From Squalus acanthias (Eukaryota): a stretch of 64,000 nucleotides of DNA. This document shows, one piece after another, positions 36,970-50,124 of this stretch. Under the pieces are notes generated by a model, which was not told the origin of the DNA, searched no databases, and was given only the letters and a program-made list of their open reading frames with translations. The stretch covers positions 2,108,001-2,172,000 of the forward strand of contig JASTWF010000048.1 of NCBI GenBank assembly GCA_030390025.1, in the 5' to 3' direction. The first letter of the stretch is position 1, and each line of letters opens with the position of its first letter. A program made the translations under genes and the position numbers.

Positions 36970-38121
36970 CATCACTGCAGGCGCAGAAATACCGCGCCGT
37001 GTCGTTCGGCCGCACCACCGATATCTTCAGATCGAAGGAGTTATCTGCAGTTTTCTTTGCCCAAAATCTCTCCGTGATCCACTCCGACCTGGTCGGGTCA
37101 CCTTCATTCACCGCATACAAGAGGTCCTGGAGTCCTCGGCCCGGGACCTGACGGTACCAGTACATATAAGGATCAGTGCTGCGTTGGGTACACGGGATAG
37201 TCACAGACTCGCCCTCTATCACCGACACATACTCCCGGGACTGCACCATCTTCTGAGACCCGCCAACACCTGGAAGGAAAATAGAAGTGAACAGCAAAGA
37301 GAGACAGTTATTTCCCCCGAAATTAGACCCACTAACCTGTTTAATTATTAGTTGTTATTTGACTGATTTACCCCTTTCCCTCGCACTCTTGCTTTTCATT
37401 TCAATCGATGTATTTTCTGTATTTTCACATAAATCTAATTGAGCTGACCAAAGGATTGGATAGGCTAGATAAGGCGAAATTATTTCCCCTGTCTACCCTA
37501 TCACCGCCCTGTTCCGAAGCTCCTTAACAGACACAATCTACCGGCTCTACCGCACGACATTCTGGTTTAAGTCGATTTGGCAAAACAAGATTTATCTTCA
37601 AAAGCCGCAGGCACTTGTAATCAGACAGGAGCCAGTAGGTTTAGTGGAGCTCTCCTTATAATATAGATTGGCGTGGAAATGTCACTCACTGGTTCAACTA
37701 TTATAGAAAAATCCCTGTTAACTAAATGTCCCTCCCGCCCTAATTTAACACAATTTATCACCTTTATGTGTCACTAAAGAGATATAGTCTACTTGCTCCA
37801 ACAACCCTGTTCTCTTCCTTTCCTTTGTTCTTTCTTTCGATTTAGCTATTTTCTTTATGTCTTTCTTTTTTCTTTATTTATGTCTTTCTTTCCATCTTTC
37901 CTTCGTTCTATCATTCTTTCTTTCTATCTTTCTCTCTATCTTTTAATCTCATCCATCCATTCATTCTTTCTCTTTTTGTTGAAAATTAAAACTTGTTTTG
38001 TAGGCTCTTTAATAGATTCCTACTCCAAAAGCTGAAAACCTCCATGTGACACCGGGCTCTCGCATTACTTACCCGCCAATAGGAACAGCGGCAACGTGCA
38101 GGACAGGAGGCAAGTCCGCAT
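36970..38121 (-). CDS. TRBV: TCR V segment, family C (C2), apparently functional
   Basis: Leader 38073..38121 (MRTCLLSCTLPLFLLAG, GTAAGT donor). V exon 36970..37269 (SQKMVQSREY..C..WYRQVPGRGLQ..YFCACS). RSS CACAGAG-23-ACAAAAACC. Confidence 0.88.
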
Positions 38122-39911
38122 GGTCCGGGACAGAGCGTCTGAGACCGGGAGCCCCTCGACCAACAAGCTGTCCAGAGACTGGAGCAATGACACTGTTGTG
38201 TGCAAGGCCCGAACTGGCGCGTGTAAACGGCAACGTTCTCTATCATTCATAAGAAAACATTGAACATACAATGCACCGCCCCGCCCTCTATGACTGGCAG
38301 CCCCGCCCCTCACTCGATGATTGATAGCACCTTTCCGCCCTCTATATTTGACTGCCGCGTCATATTTCCCTAATTGACAGCCACCCCACCGTCTCCAATG
38401 AACAGTCCGGCCCCTCGCGCGCTGATTGGCAGGAAGTGGAACAGATGGGATCCGAGCGTTGCAAAGGGGACATAGAGATTAGTTGAGCGGGCAAAACAGT
38501 GCAAGAAGGAACAGTGGAACAAGTGGGGAAGTGCGAGGTCATCCACTTGGGATCTAAGAAAGATAGATCAGAGCATTTTCCAAATGGTGTTAAGCTAGGA
38601 ATTGCGGAGGAGCAAGGGGATTTAAGTGCCCAGGTAAACAATTCACTTAATGCCGGTAGACAGGGAAAAAAGGAATCAAAAGGCTAAAGGGATGTTGTCC
38701 TTTATCTGAAAGGGTCTGGAATACAAAGGGCAGGATGTTATTCTTCTATCGTATAGAGACTTGGTCAGACCCCATCGGGAGTACTGAGTTAAATTCTGGG
38801 TACCGCACCTCAGGAAGAATATATTAGACTTGGAGGGGATGCAGCGCTGATTCTCCAGACTTTTACCCGGGACAGAGGGGATAAAATTATGAGGAAGGAT
38901 TGCAAAACTTTGCCTATATTACGTTGAGTATAGAAGATTCAGTGCTGAACTAATTGAGATTTGTAAATGTTAAATCAAGTTGATAGTGTATATAGAGAGA
39001 AACTATTTCTCTGGTGGGGGAGTCCAGGACAGGGGGAGCGTAACCTTAAAGTTAGAGTTAGGTTTTATCAGGCATTGTGTCAAAAACACCTCTTCACAGA
39101 ATGGTCGTGGAAATGTGGAACTCTCTCCTCCAAGAGTCTGTTCAGGATAAGGGTCAATTGGAGCTTTCAGGACTGTGATTGATAGATATTTATTGGGTAA
39201 GTGTATCCAAATTCATGGAAAAAAAGCGGTTAGATAGAATGAAGATACTCATCAACCATGATCTTATTGGCTGGCATAGCAGTGTCGCGGGGCTGAATGG
39301 CCTCCTCCTGTTCCTGTGTATACGGTCCCGAGGATGCTTAATGGCCTTTTCCTGTTCCTATGTAACAGGCTCAAGGGGACTGGATGACCTCCTTCTATTG
39401 CATATTAAACCATATCACAAGCAAACGTGTGGTTCATGGTCCTAGAGCGCCCTCTTCAGTCTCTGTGGAGAAAGAAAACACATTGTCAGTGTGTAAAAGC
39501 TCGACAATCTTTTTACTTCATTTCAAAATTTTTAACTTTTTTTTTCTTTCTGTTTATCTTTCTTTCTTTCTGTCTATCTTTCTTCCTTTCAAACTGAATG
39601 TCTTTCTTTCTATCTTCCTTTCTTTCTTTTCGGACTTGTTTCTTTCTTCATATCATTCTTTCTTGCTGTCTTTCTGTCCTTTTTCGTTCTCCCTCTCCTT
39701 CTTTCCTTCTTTCTTTCTATCTTCCTTTCTATCTTCCTTGCGTTCTTCACTACATCTTTGCAGCTTCTCCAGAACCTTTTTTAAATGTAATTTCTCACAT
39801 TTGTTCAAACCCTTTCCTTCTTGTCAAAACACATTCGGTCTGCAAAATAAACCCAACAGGATGCGGCACCGCGCTGTTTCATCATCAACAGGTGTTGCCT
39901 GCAGCCTTTGG

Positions 39912-39950
39912 GGTTTTTGTTGAGCTCATCCATCTCTCTGAGTCACTGTG
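39912..39950 (-). other. 23-RSS of B6
   Basis: CACAGTG-23-ACAAAAACC. Confidence 0.95.
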
Positions 39951-40484
39951 AAGACTCCAGGCGCAGTAATACACGGCCGAGTGATTCGCCAGCAGGTGGT
40001 AGGACTTCAGGTTGAACTCGTTGTCATTCGGTCTCTCGGCGGTAAAACCGTAAACCGTCCCCTCTGCATTCACGTGATTAGCAATCGTGGAGTAAAACAT
40101 TAACTGCGGCTCCTTCCCCGGGTCCCGTCTGTACCAGTACATGTATCCGCTACTGGCGCCTTCCACCTCGCACTTCAGTTCCATTCCCTCCCCAGGAATA
40201 TTGGAGAGAGCGGCGGGAGTCTGGCGGATCGTCTGCGAGTTCACATCTGGAAAGAGACGGTGAGAGGAAGAGATAAGTAAACAGGCGAATTCTCTGTTGT
40301 GGTGTTAAAAAGAATTAAAGAGCGAGAGAATGAAGGACAGAACGAAGGGAAGAATAGAAAAAAACGAAAGGAATAAAGAAAGAAGGAAAGAAATAAAGAG
40401 TAAAGAAAGTTTATTGAAAAAGACTATTGTTTGAAAAAGTCCCTTACATTGAAATAAGATCATGAGACTCATTAACAGATACAT
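39951..40484 (-). CDS. TRBV: TCR V segment, family B (B6), apparently functional
   Basis: Leader 40448..40484. V exon 39951..40246 open. Consensus 23-RSS. Confidence 0.9.
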
Positions 40485-42326
40485 CTTTTATTTAAAAGAT
40501 TTACTTTTAAAAATGAAATCAGCGAAAACAAGAGCGTTGAGTCTCGTGAGGATCCAACCCGCTCTTTTCAAATCATTGACGAGCGGAAGGAAGTGATGCA
40601 GGCCACGCCCTCTCTGATTGACAGCATCGCTCATCCACTCCTACGCTGATTGACAGACCCGCCCCACTCTCTGAAACATAGTCCCGCCCCCCACGCTGAT
40701 TGACAGACCCGTCCTCACTCTCTGATACATAGTCCCGCCCCCCACGCTGATTGACAGTCCAACCCCTACCTCTCTGTTTGGCAGTAAGGAGAGCAAACGG
40801 GAGCAGGTAGTTGCAGTGTTGAGCTAAACAACTTACGTGAATGAGAAAAAACAGCGACAGGTAGATTTTAACGTGGAACGTGGGCAAGTATGAGGCCAAC
40901 CACTGGGGGCCTAAGGAGGAAACATCAGTGTATTTTCTAACTGATGAGAAGCTGGAAAATGTCGAGGAGCAAAGAGATTTCGTTGGCCCGGTACACAAAT
41001 CAATAAAAACCAGGAGACAGGTGCAAAACTGAATCAAACAGCTTAATGCAATGTTGGCCTTGATGTCAAGGAGGCTGGAATACAAAAGGGAGGAAGTTAT
41101 GCTTCAGTTGGGCAGAGCTCTGTCAGACTCCAAGTGGCAAACTAGGTTCTGTTCTGGGGAACGCACCTCAGGAAGGACGTTTTGGTCTTGCAGGGAGTGC
41201 AAGGCAGATTCACCAGAATGCTTAGAGGGTTAAATTATGAAGACAGGTGGCATAGAATATCCTTGTCTGCCCTTGCATATACAAGATTGAGGTATGAACT
41301 GATTTAGTCTTTTGAGGTTAAAAGGTGTTGTTAGGGTAAACAGAATGAAAGTATGTCCACTGGTGGCGGAGTCCAAAACAACGGGGCATAACTTTACAGT
41401 GAGAGCTAAGCCTTTCTCGCGTGAGGGCAGGAAGCAGTTCTTCACACAAAGGGCAGTGAGAAACTTCAATTCTCTGCCCGAAAACGATGTGGGTGCTGGC
41501 GGTCAATTGGAGATTTCTTTACCGAGATTGATAGATTTTTTCTTTAATTAGTTAGCAAATCAAGAGATAGGGAGCAAAAGCGGGTCGATGGATTTAAGTT
41601 AAGTTACAGCTATGATCCAATTGAATGGCGAAGTCGGGTTGACGAGCTGAATGGCCTCCTCCTGTTCCTGTCTTTCTATTAAACCATGTTCCAGGCACTG
41701 AAATCTTTCATGGTCCTAGAGCGCCCTCTGCTGTCCTTGTGGAGAAACACAGCGTCAGTCGACAAAAAACCACCNNNNNNNNNNNNNNNNNNNNNNNNNN
41801 NNNNNNNNNNNNNNNNNNNNNNNNNNNNNNNNNNNNNNNNNNNNNNNNNNNNNNNNNNNNNNNNNNNNNNNNNNNNNNNNNNNNNNNNNNNNNNNNNNNN
41901 NNNNNNNNNNNNNNNNNNNNNNNNNNNNNNNNNNNNNNNNNNNNNNNNNNNNNNNNNNNNNNNNNNNNNNNNNNNNNNNNNNNNNNTCGTTCTATCTTTC
42001 TGTCTTTGTGCCTTTCTTTCTCTATCCTTTTCTTTTTATTTCTCTATCACTATATCATTCTTTCCTTCATTACTTATATATTTAATTCCCTCTTTCTACC
42101 TTTTTTACATTCCTTCTTTCCTTTCTTTCTTTTTGCTTTGATTATTTGAGTTTGTTTTGCTCAGCCCCAACTCCACCTATCACTGAAAGGCAGTGACCTC
42201 GGCGGACTGAATGTGCTCAACACTTCAGACAGGACAGGTTGATGTTGTGCCCGAGCAACATATCCTTCTATTGCTTTCTCATTCTTATGTTTATGTAGTT
42301 CCCCTTAAATGCATCTGTGCTACTCG

Positions 42327-43395
42327 AAGTAACTGGCTATCTCAAAGAAGGCAGCGGGTGGTGGTGGATGGAAAATTTTCGGATTGGAGACCAGTTACCA
42401 GCGGTGTGCCACAGGGGTCGGTGCTGGGTCCTCTGCTGTTGTGATTTTTATCAATGACTTGGAGGAGGGGACTGAAGGGTGGATCAGTAAATTTGCTGAT
42501 GACACCAAGATTGGTGGAGTTGTGGATGAGGTGGAGGGCTGTTGTCGGCTGCAAAGAAACATTGATAGGATGCAGAGCTGGGCCGAAAAATGGCAGATGG
42601 AATTTAACCCTGATAAGTGCGAGGTGATTCATTTTGGTAGGGCAAATTTGAATAAGGAGTACAGAGTCAACGGCAGGGTTCTAAGGTACGTGGAGGAACA
42701 GAGGGATCTGGGGGTTCATATCCACAGATCTCTGAAGGTTGCCACTCAAGTGGATAGAGCAGTAAAGAAGGCCTATAGTGTGTTAGCGTTTATTAACAAG
42801 GGGTTTGAGTTTAAGAACCGTGAGGATATACTGCAACTGTACAGGACCTTGGTGAGACCACATTTGGAATATTGTGTGCAGTTCTGGTCACCTCACTATA
42901 AGAAGGACGTGGAAGCATTGGAAAGAGTGCAAAGGAGATTTACCAGGATGCAGCCTGGTTTGGGAGGGAAGGTCATATGAGGAAGGATTGAGGGAGCTTA
43001 TGCTTTAATCTTTAGAGCGGAGGAGGATGAGAGGCGACTTAATAGAGGTTTATAAGATGATGAGGGGGATAGATAGAGTGGATGTTCAGAGACTATTTCC
43101 TCGGGTGGATGTAGCTGTTACAAGTGGGCATAACTATAAGGTGCATGGGGGGAGATATAGAGGGGATGTCCGAGGTAGATTTTTTACTCAGAGAGTGGTT
43201 GGAGTGTGGAATGGACTGCCTGCTGTGATAGTGGAGTCGGACACTTTAGGAACTTTCAAGCGGTTATTGGATAAGCACATGGAGCACACCAGAATGATAG
43301 GGAGTGGGATAGCTTGATCTTGGTTTCGGACAATGCTCGGCACAACATCGAGGGCCGAAGGACCTGTACTGTGCTGTACTGTTCTATGTTCTATG
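42327..43395 (+). mobile_element. 5'-truncated CR1 LINE
   Basis: ORF2 RT C-terminal fragments ([25 protein letters not shown]) and TTCTATG tail. Confidence 0.9.
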
Positions 43396-43614
43396 ACGCA
43401 AACATTCCCTGTTGTAGCGAGTTCAACGTTCTCGCCATTCTCTGAGTAAAGAAGTTTCTCCTGAATTCCCTATTTTAATTTATCTTATATTTATGTCCCC
43501 GAGCTTTGGTCTTTCCCACATGTGGAAACATTTTCGATACATCGATCCTGTTGAAACCGTTTCATAATTTTCGCTTTCAGCTTACCACTCAGTCTTCTCT
43601 TTTCTAGAGAAAGC

Positions 43615-43945
43615 AGCCTTCCCGGGTATTGTCCGTGCCGGAACATGTTAGGGTTACCGATAGTCTTCACAGAGCATTTCAGTTCCACACGCTCCCGAGG
43701 TAATTTGAAGACAGCGGCGGGACTCTGGCGGATATTCTGCGAGCTCACATCTAGTATAGAGACGGGGAGAGGAAGAGGTCAGTAAACAGGGACATTCGGG
43801 CATTGGGAAAAGTGAGCAAGAGCGAAAGAAAGAAAGTGACATAGAAAAAAAGTAAGTAAATTGTGATTGTTAGCAATAATTATTGTTATAAAAATTTTCT
43901 TAAGGTTAAACGTGTTCAGCAGTCCCAGTAACAGATAGTTATTTT
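43615..43945 (-). pseudogene. 3'-truncated family B V pseudogene (B7), duplicate of B0
   Basis: Same breakpoint and decayed leader as B0. Confidence 0.8.
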
Positions 43946-44285
43946 ATTTCAATGTTTACTTCCAATGAGGGAATGAGCGAGAGCAGGAACTTTCACTGTT
44001 GCGAGGAGCCAAAGCGCGCTTTTCAAATCATTGAGAGAAACATGAAAAGCTTAAGGAAGCAATAAAGGGATGGTTAGATCCCCTGTCTCCAGTTCAACCA
44101 ATCGGAATCGACGTGTTTGCCAATGTCTCCCCTTGTTTATCACTGTCTCTCAATCTCTCATTCTCTCTCTCTCTCTCTTTCTCTCGTGTATCTCTCAATG
44201 TTCCTCCGGCTCTCTTTATCTCTCTCTGAAACATTCATTGTCTGGCTGTATATGTTTCAGCATCTCCCGCTCTCTCTCTCTGTCA

Positions 44286-44322
<37 letters not shown>

Positions 44323-44936
44323 GTCTCTCTGCCTGTCTCTTTCTCTTTCTCTCTGTCTCCCTTTCAATCGCTTTCTCTTTCTCTCTCGCTATCTCTTCCT
44401 CTCTCTTTCTCTATCTCTCACTCTTTATTTCTCTCTTTCATCTCTCTCTCTCTCTTTCTCTATCTCTTTGTCTTTGTCTCTCTCACTCCCTCATTCACTA
44501 ACTCACTCTCTTGCTCTCTCTCTCTCTCTCTCTCACTTGAAACAAACTGCATTGAAAGGTAAATGTGCGCTGATCAGAACTGGTCTCCAGACTCAGACAG
44601 TGGAGCAGGAGTGAGAGATACGCGGTCCCACAGCCCCGCACATCCATCACCCTCCGCCCCTCCTGATTCTTCCACAAATGCAAGGATTGGTTACTGGTTG
44701 CAGGGCGGGGAAGACGTATCACGTCAGACAACACGCCTCACCATCTTGTCCACAGCCATTTAATGAGGGGAGGGGAGAGCAGGGAATATGGGATGCGAGG
44801 GGAAGGGGAGGAAGGAGTAGGAGAGAGTAGAGGAGAGGAGTGGAAGGATTGAAGGAGAAAGTATGCACTGAACTAATATCTAGTGCTGCCACATGGTGGC
44901 GGAAATGGAGCACTGAACTCCCAGACGTCCGCTGCA

Positions 44937-44975
44937 GGTTTTTGTAGCGGGGAAGCCGCTTTCTCAAACGCTGTG
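44937..44975 (-). other. 23-RSS of A5
   Basis: CACAGCG-23-ACAAAAACC. Confidence 0.93.
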
Positions 44976-45900
44976 CGGTACTACAAGCACAGTAATAGAC
45001 AGCGGTGTGAGACGGAGAGGCGGCGCTCAGTTCCAAAGTAAACAGCGTAGCGCTGCTTCTTTCGGCCTTAAAAGACTCGGTCGTGTACTTCGTAACATCA
45101 CCTGCTCCAACAGAAGTGAAAAGAGCTTCTAATGCCCGGTCGGGTTGTTGTCTGTACCAGAGCATAAAGCTATAGCCAGTATTCGTCAGCGTGCAACTGA
45201 ACGTGCTCGACTTTCCTGCTCCAATCGATAGGACAGAAGGCGACTGCTCCACGTACGAGGCGAGTATTCCTGTCGAACGCAACATCGATTAGTTTCTTGT
45301 TTATGTCAATAATTAATTAGAGCGCGGACTACAGAGACAAAGAACTTCCATTCATAAAGCGCCATTCACGACTTCAGAAACTCACAAAGCTCTTTACAAC
45401 CAATGAAGTACTGATTAAAGTGTAATCATTGTTGTAATGTAGGAAAGGAGACAGCCAATTTCAGCACAGCAAGCTCCCACATACTGCATTGAAATAAATA
45501 ACCAGTACATCTTGTTTTTGGTATTTGTTGTGGGGTTAATGTTGGACCAGAACATCGGCGACAACTTCACTGATTTTCTTCTTCCAATAGTGCCCTGGGA
45601 TCATGTATGTGCACCTGAGAGGGCAGCACGGTCGAACACATTATCCGAAAGAAAGAACCTCCGAAAGTGCAGCACTCCCTCAGTGCTGGTCTCGGGAGTG
45701 CCAGCATAGATTTTGTGCTCAAGTCTCAGGAGTAAGACACGAACCCAAAACCTCTGATTCAGAGGCAAGGTTTCTACCAGCTGAAAATAAGTTGACATTA
45801 TAGTACATTTTTCTACAAAGACCTCTGCATAAGTTTGTTAGTTTGACTTACGTGGGATCAGTGCCACCATCAACGTTAGATAATGAGGTTCATGAAACAT
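44976..45900 (-). CDS. TRBV: TCR V segment, family A (A5), apparently functional; duplicate of A1
   Basis: Leader 45852..45900. V exon 44976..45269 open with WYRQQP. 23-RSS. Confidence 0.9.
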
Positions 45901-47602
45901 GATTTATTTATTCGACACTGGCTCGCTGTTTGATCGAGTGTAGCTCAATACCACGTTTAAAGGCAGTTTCTCTGTTGGATCTGATTAAATACGAAGCATC
46001 CGGTTGTAAATGTCACTCTTACGTCACTTCCTGTGTAAACCACGCTCCATCCCATTCCTTCAGTAGTTTAGTTACTTCATAGAACCGTACAGCACAGAAG
46101 GTTAAGGAGAGAATTTAAAGAGGTGGTCAAAATTATGAATTATTTTGACAGACTTGATAGGGAGAAACTATATCGTCTGGCAGGGGGGTCGTTAACCAGA
46201 GGGCACAGATTTATGATAATGGGCAAAAGAAGCAGCGGGGAGATGAGGAAACATAAACGTAATTACACCGAGAGTTTTCATGATCTGGAATGCATTGCCT
46301 GAACGGGCAGTGGAAACAGATTCATTAATAACTTTCAAAGGAAAATTGGATATAATCTTGAAAAAGAAAGAGAACACAGGTCTACGGGGAATGAGCAGGA
46401 TAGCCGGACTAAATTGATAGGAGCGACCAAAACTAAGGATCACAAATATAAGTCAAACACTAATAAATCTAACAGAGAATTCAGGAGTAATATCTTTACC
46501 CAAAGTGTGCTGGGAATGTAGAACTTGATACCACATGGAGTGGTTGAGGGAAATAGCATAAATGCATTTAAGCGGAAGGTAGATAAGTATGTGAGGGAAG
46601 AAGGCATAGAAGGATATGATGATGGGGTAGTCGAAGAGTGGTGGGATGAAACCCGAGGGGGTCTCGTTTGGTAGGTCTTTCAAAGAGACGGCACAGGCTC
46701 GTTGGGCCGAATGGTCTCCTTCTGTGCTGTAGGATTTTATGCATCGATAAGACACGCAACATTGTTGGGACAAAGAGCTCTCCTGTTTCAGGCAGTGCGG
46801 GTTTCAGTTCCTGTGTGCTGAACGAGAATTCAAGGGTTACATTTTTTACTGGGTTGAATTCGCAGAATCATTGAGAAAGACATCAAAAGGCCCCTAGAGC
46901 CTGATAGAGAAGCGGCTAAACGGTTGTGAACAGATGCTGAAACCGCCGTCATGAGGCAGGTGTCCCGGTGACAAACGGATCTAGAGGCGCATCTCGACTT
47001 TGCACAGTGTAAAAGTTCGGTGACACGTTTAAGGGTTCTAAGATTAACAATTTCCTATTGGTATGAGATAGTTCAACTTTGGGCAGAGAAGGTTAAGGGG
47101 AGAATTGATAATCAAACCATTAATACAGCATGTTTAATGATTAATAATCAATTCAATTCATCTAAGGTGACAGAGAGCAAGNNNNNNNNNNNNNNNNNNN
47201 NNNNNNNNNNNNNNNNNNNNNNNNNNNNNNNNNNNNNNNNNNNNNNNNNNNNNNNNNNNNNNNNNNNNNNNNNNNNNNNNNNNNNNNNNNNNNNNNNNNN
47301 NNNNNNNNNNNNNNNNNNNNNNNNNNNNNNNNNNNNNNNNNNNNNNNNNNNNNNNNNNNNNNNNNNNNNNNNNNNNNNNNNNNNNNNNNNNNNNNNNNNN
47401 NNNNNNNNNNNNNNNNNNNAGATTTGCAAACCTTAGTTCTGTCTCATACAGCAACGCCATTTGAGGCCCCACTGTATTCAGACTGCAGTTAACCCACCTC
47501 AGAGATACCTTTGGATGAGCTGGAACGTGAATGTCCACCTTTGTGTTTGTGTGTTTGTGTGTGCCTCGCTCTCACTCTCTGTTTCTACATCTATCACTCT
47601 CG

Positions 47603-47700
47603 CTGTCTTCTGAGACTCGCCAACACCTGGAAGTGAAACAGGAATGAACAGCAAAGAGAGACATTTATTTCCCCAGAAATAAGACACACTGACCTATTTA
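47603..47700 (-). pseudogene. Family C relic (C4): acceptor plus V stub, leader deleted
   Basis: GVGESQKT stub at 47603..47626, paralogous to C3. The region carrying the leader is deleted near 48250. Confidence 0.65.
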
Positions 47701-49516
47701 ATTATTAGCTGTTCCGTGACTGCTATTCCTTTGTCTCGCAGTCGCCTTTTTTTTATTGTAATCGATTTGGTCCCTGCATTTTCACTTAAGTCTAATTCAG
47801 GTGATTACATGGCCTATTACTGTAGCTTGAGAGAATCAATTTCATCTGGTGGGGAGAGTCCCGAACAAGGGGGCACAATCTTCAAATTAGTGCCAGGCCG
47901 TTCAGGGATAATGTCAGGGAGCACTTCTGCAAACAAAGTGCAGTGGAAATCTGGAACTCTCTCCCCCAAAATACTTTTGAGGTTGGAGGTCAATGGAATA
48001 TTGCAAATTTATGATTGATAGTTTATATTGGTAAGGTATTCAGGGTTACGGAACCAAGGCAGGTAAATGGATTTGAGATACATACCAGCCATGATCTAAT
48101 TGGATGGCGGAACACGTTCGAGGGTCTGAGTCGCCTCCTCCTCTGTTCTTAGCAGTCACTTGCGATTTGGGACCTGCTGGGATTTAATCGATTCGTCAAC
48201 AACAGCATAATCTCCTAAACCCTCAGGCACTTATGGTTATTTGGGAGCCGGCACATCCCTCTCTGATTGTAGGTAAGTAGAGCTGTTGGGAACAGGGAGT
48301 TGGAAAGGCGACATGGAAAGATTAAGTGAGTGGCCAAACCTGTGGAAGATGAAGTTTAATGTGGGAAAGTGTGAGATCATGCACTTTAGTCCAAAGAAAG
48401 AAAGGTGCCCAGTTACACAAATCAATAAACGCCAGTAAACAGGTACAAAAATGAAACAAAAAGGCAAATGGAATGCTGTCCTTTATCTGAAGGAGTCTGG
48501 AATACAAAGCGAGCAAGTTGTGCTCCTGTCATATAGAGCCTTGGTCAGACAGTATCTGGAGTACTGAGTGTAGTCTGGGCACAGCACCTCAGGAAGGATG
48601 TGTTAGACTCAGAGCGGATCTAGTTCAGTTTCACCAGACTGATACCGGGGATTAGATGGTTAAATTAAGAGGGCAGGCTGAGGATCAATTGGAGCTTTCA
48701 AGTCTGAGATTGATCGATATTTGTTGGGTAAGTGTATCGAGGAATATGGAGCAAAGGTGATTAGATGGAGTTCAGACGCACATCAGCCGTGAACTCATGG
48801 AATGACTGATTAGGCTCGAGGGGCTGAATGACCGCCTCTTGTTTCTAATTAACAACTTGACCAGTTACACGGCATTCTCCTGTAGCTGTGTAAGTGGCCA
48901 AATTGCCAATTCCTGCTCCCATGTAGCAGGCTAGAGGGTCGTATGACTTCTTGCTGTTCCTCTGTAACAGCCGCAATGGGATTGAATGGCCTCCTCATGC
49001 TCCTGTGTAGCTGGTTCGAAGGTCAAACTACCTAATCCTGTTCCTATGCAATAGGCTCAAGGGTAATGAATGACCTCCTCTTATTCCTATGTTTCTATCA
49101 AAACATATTCAATCAACAGTGTGGTTCATGGTCCTAGAGCGCCCTCTGCTGTCCCTGTGGAGAATGAAAACACAGTCAGTGTGTAAAATCCACCAGTCTT
49201 CTACTTTATTTCCTTTTTTCTATCTTTCTATCCTTCTTTCTGCCATTCTTTCTGTCTTTCTTTCGTTCTGTCTTTCTTTCCTTCCTCGTTTTTTCTTGAT
49301 ATCTATCTCTTTTTTTATACCGATCTAACTTTCACTCTATCATTCTCTACTTTATCTAAGTTAATGTTTCTTTGCACCTTCTCCGGTGCCTGTATATCTA
49401 ATCTCTCACTTTTCTTCTAATGCATATCAAAAACGCGTTCGCTCTGTAAAACAAAACACAGCGGGAGGAAGCAACGCGCGGTGTTATCTTATGCAGGTGT
49501 CTGTTGCCGCCTTTGG

Positions 49517-49555
49517 GGTTTTTGTTCTGCTCCTCCATCTCTCTGAGTCACTGTG
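49517..49555 (-). other. 23-RSS of B8
   Basis: CACAGTG-23-ACAAAAACC. Confidence 0.93.
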
Positions 49556-50124
49556 AAGACTCCAGGCGCAGTAATACACGGCCGAGTGATTTGCCCGCAG
49601 GCTGGAGGACTTCAGGTTGAACTCGTCATCTGTTGGTCGCTCGGCGGTAAAACCGTCTCCGTCCCCTCTGCTTTTACACTTTGTACAACTAGGGAGTAAA
49701 AATCAACTGCGGCTCCTTCCCCGGGTATTGTCGGTACCAGAACATGCGAATGTTACTGATGCCCTTCACAATGCATTTCAGATCCACTCCAACCCCGGGA
49801 ATTTTGGAGACAGCAGCGGGAGTCTGGCGGATAGTCTGCGACTTCACATCTGGTGAAAGAAAGGGGGTGAGGAGGAGGTCAGTAAACAGGGACCCGCGGA
49901 CAACGAGGAAATGAAGATGGTGAGAANNNNNNNNNNNNNNNNNNNNNNNNNNNNNNNNNNNNNNNNNNNNNNNNNNNNNNNNNNNNNNNNNNNNNNNNNN
50001 NNNNNNNNNNNNNNNNNNNNNNNNNNNNNNNNNNNNNNNNNNNNNNNNNNNNNNNAACATTAATTAATTTTAGTAATAGTCCCTTACAGTGAAACAAGAT
50101 CATTAGACCCATTAACAGATACAT
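49556..50124 (-). pseudogene. Family B V (B8), frameshifted as assembled; possibly functional
   Basis: Intact leader 50088..50124 and perfect RSS. V exon 49556..49849 lacks two single bases in base runs. Confidence 0.75.

Larger units (their letters stand above)
40572..47110 (+). repeat. Segmental duplication of 1..~8212
   Basis: Co-linear near-identity (promoter repeats, CR1s, B0/B7, A1/A5). Differs by two insertions found only in the left copy. Confidence 0.9.
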
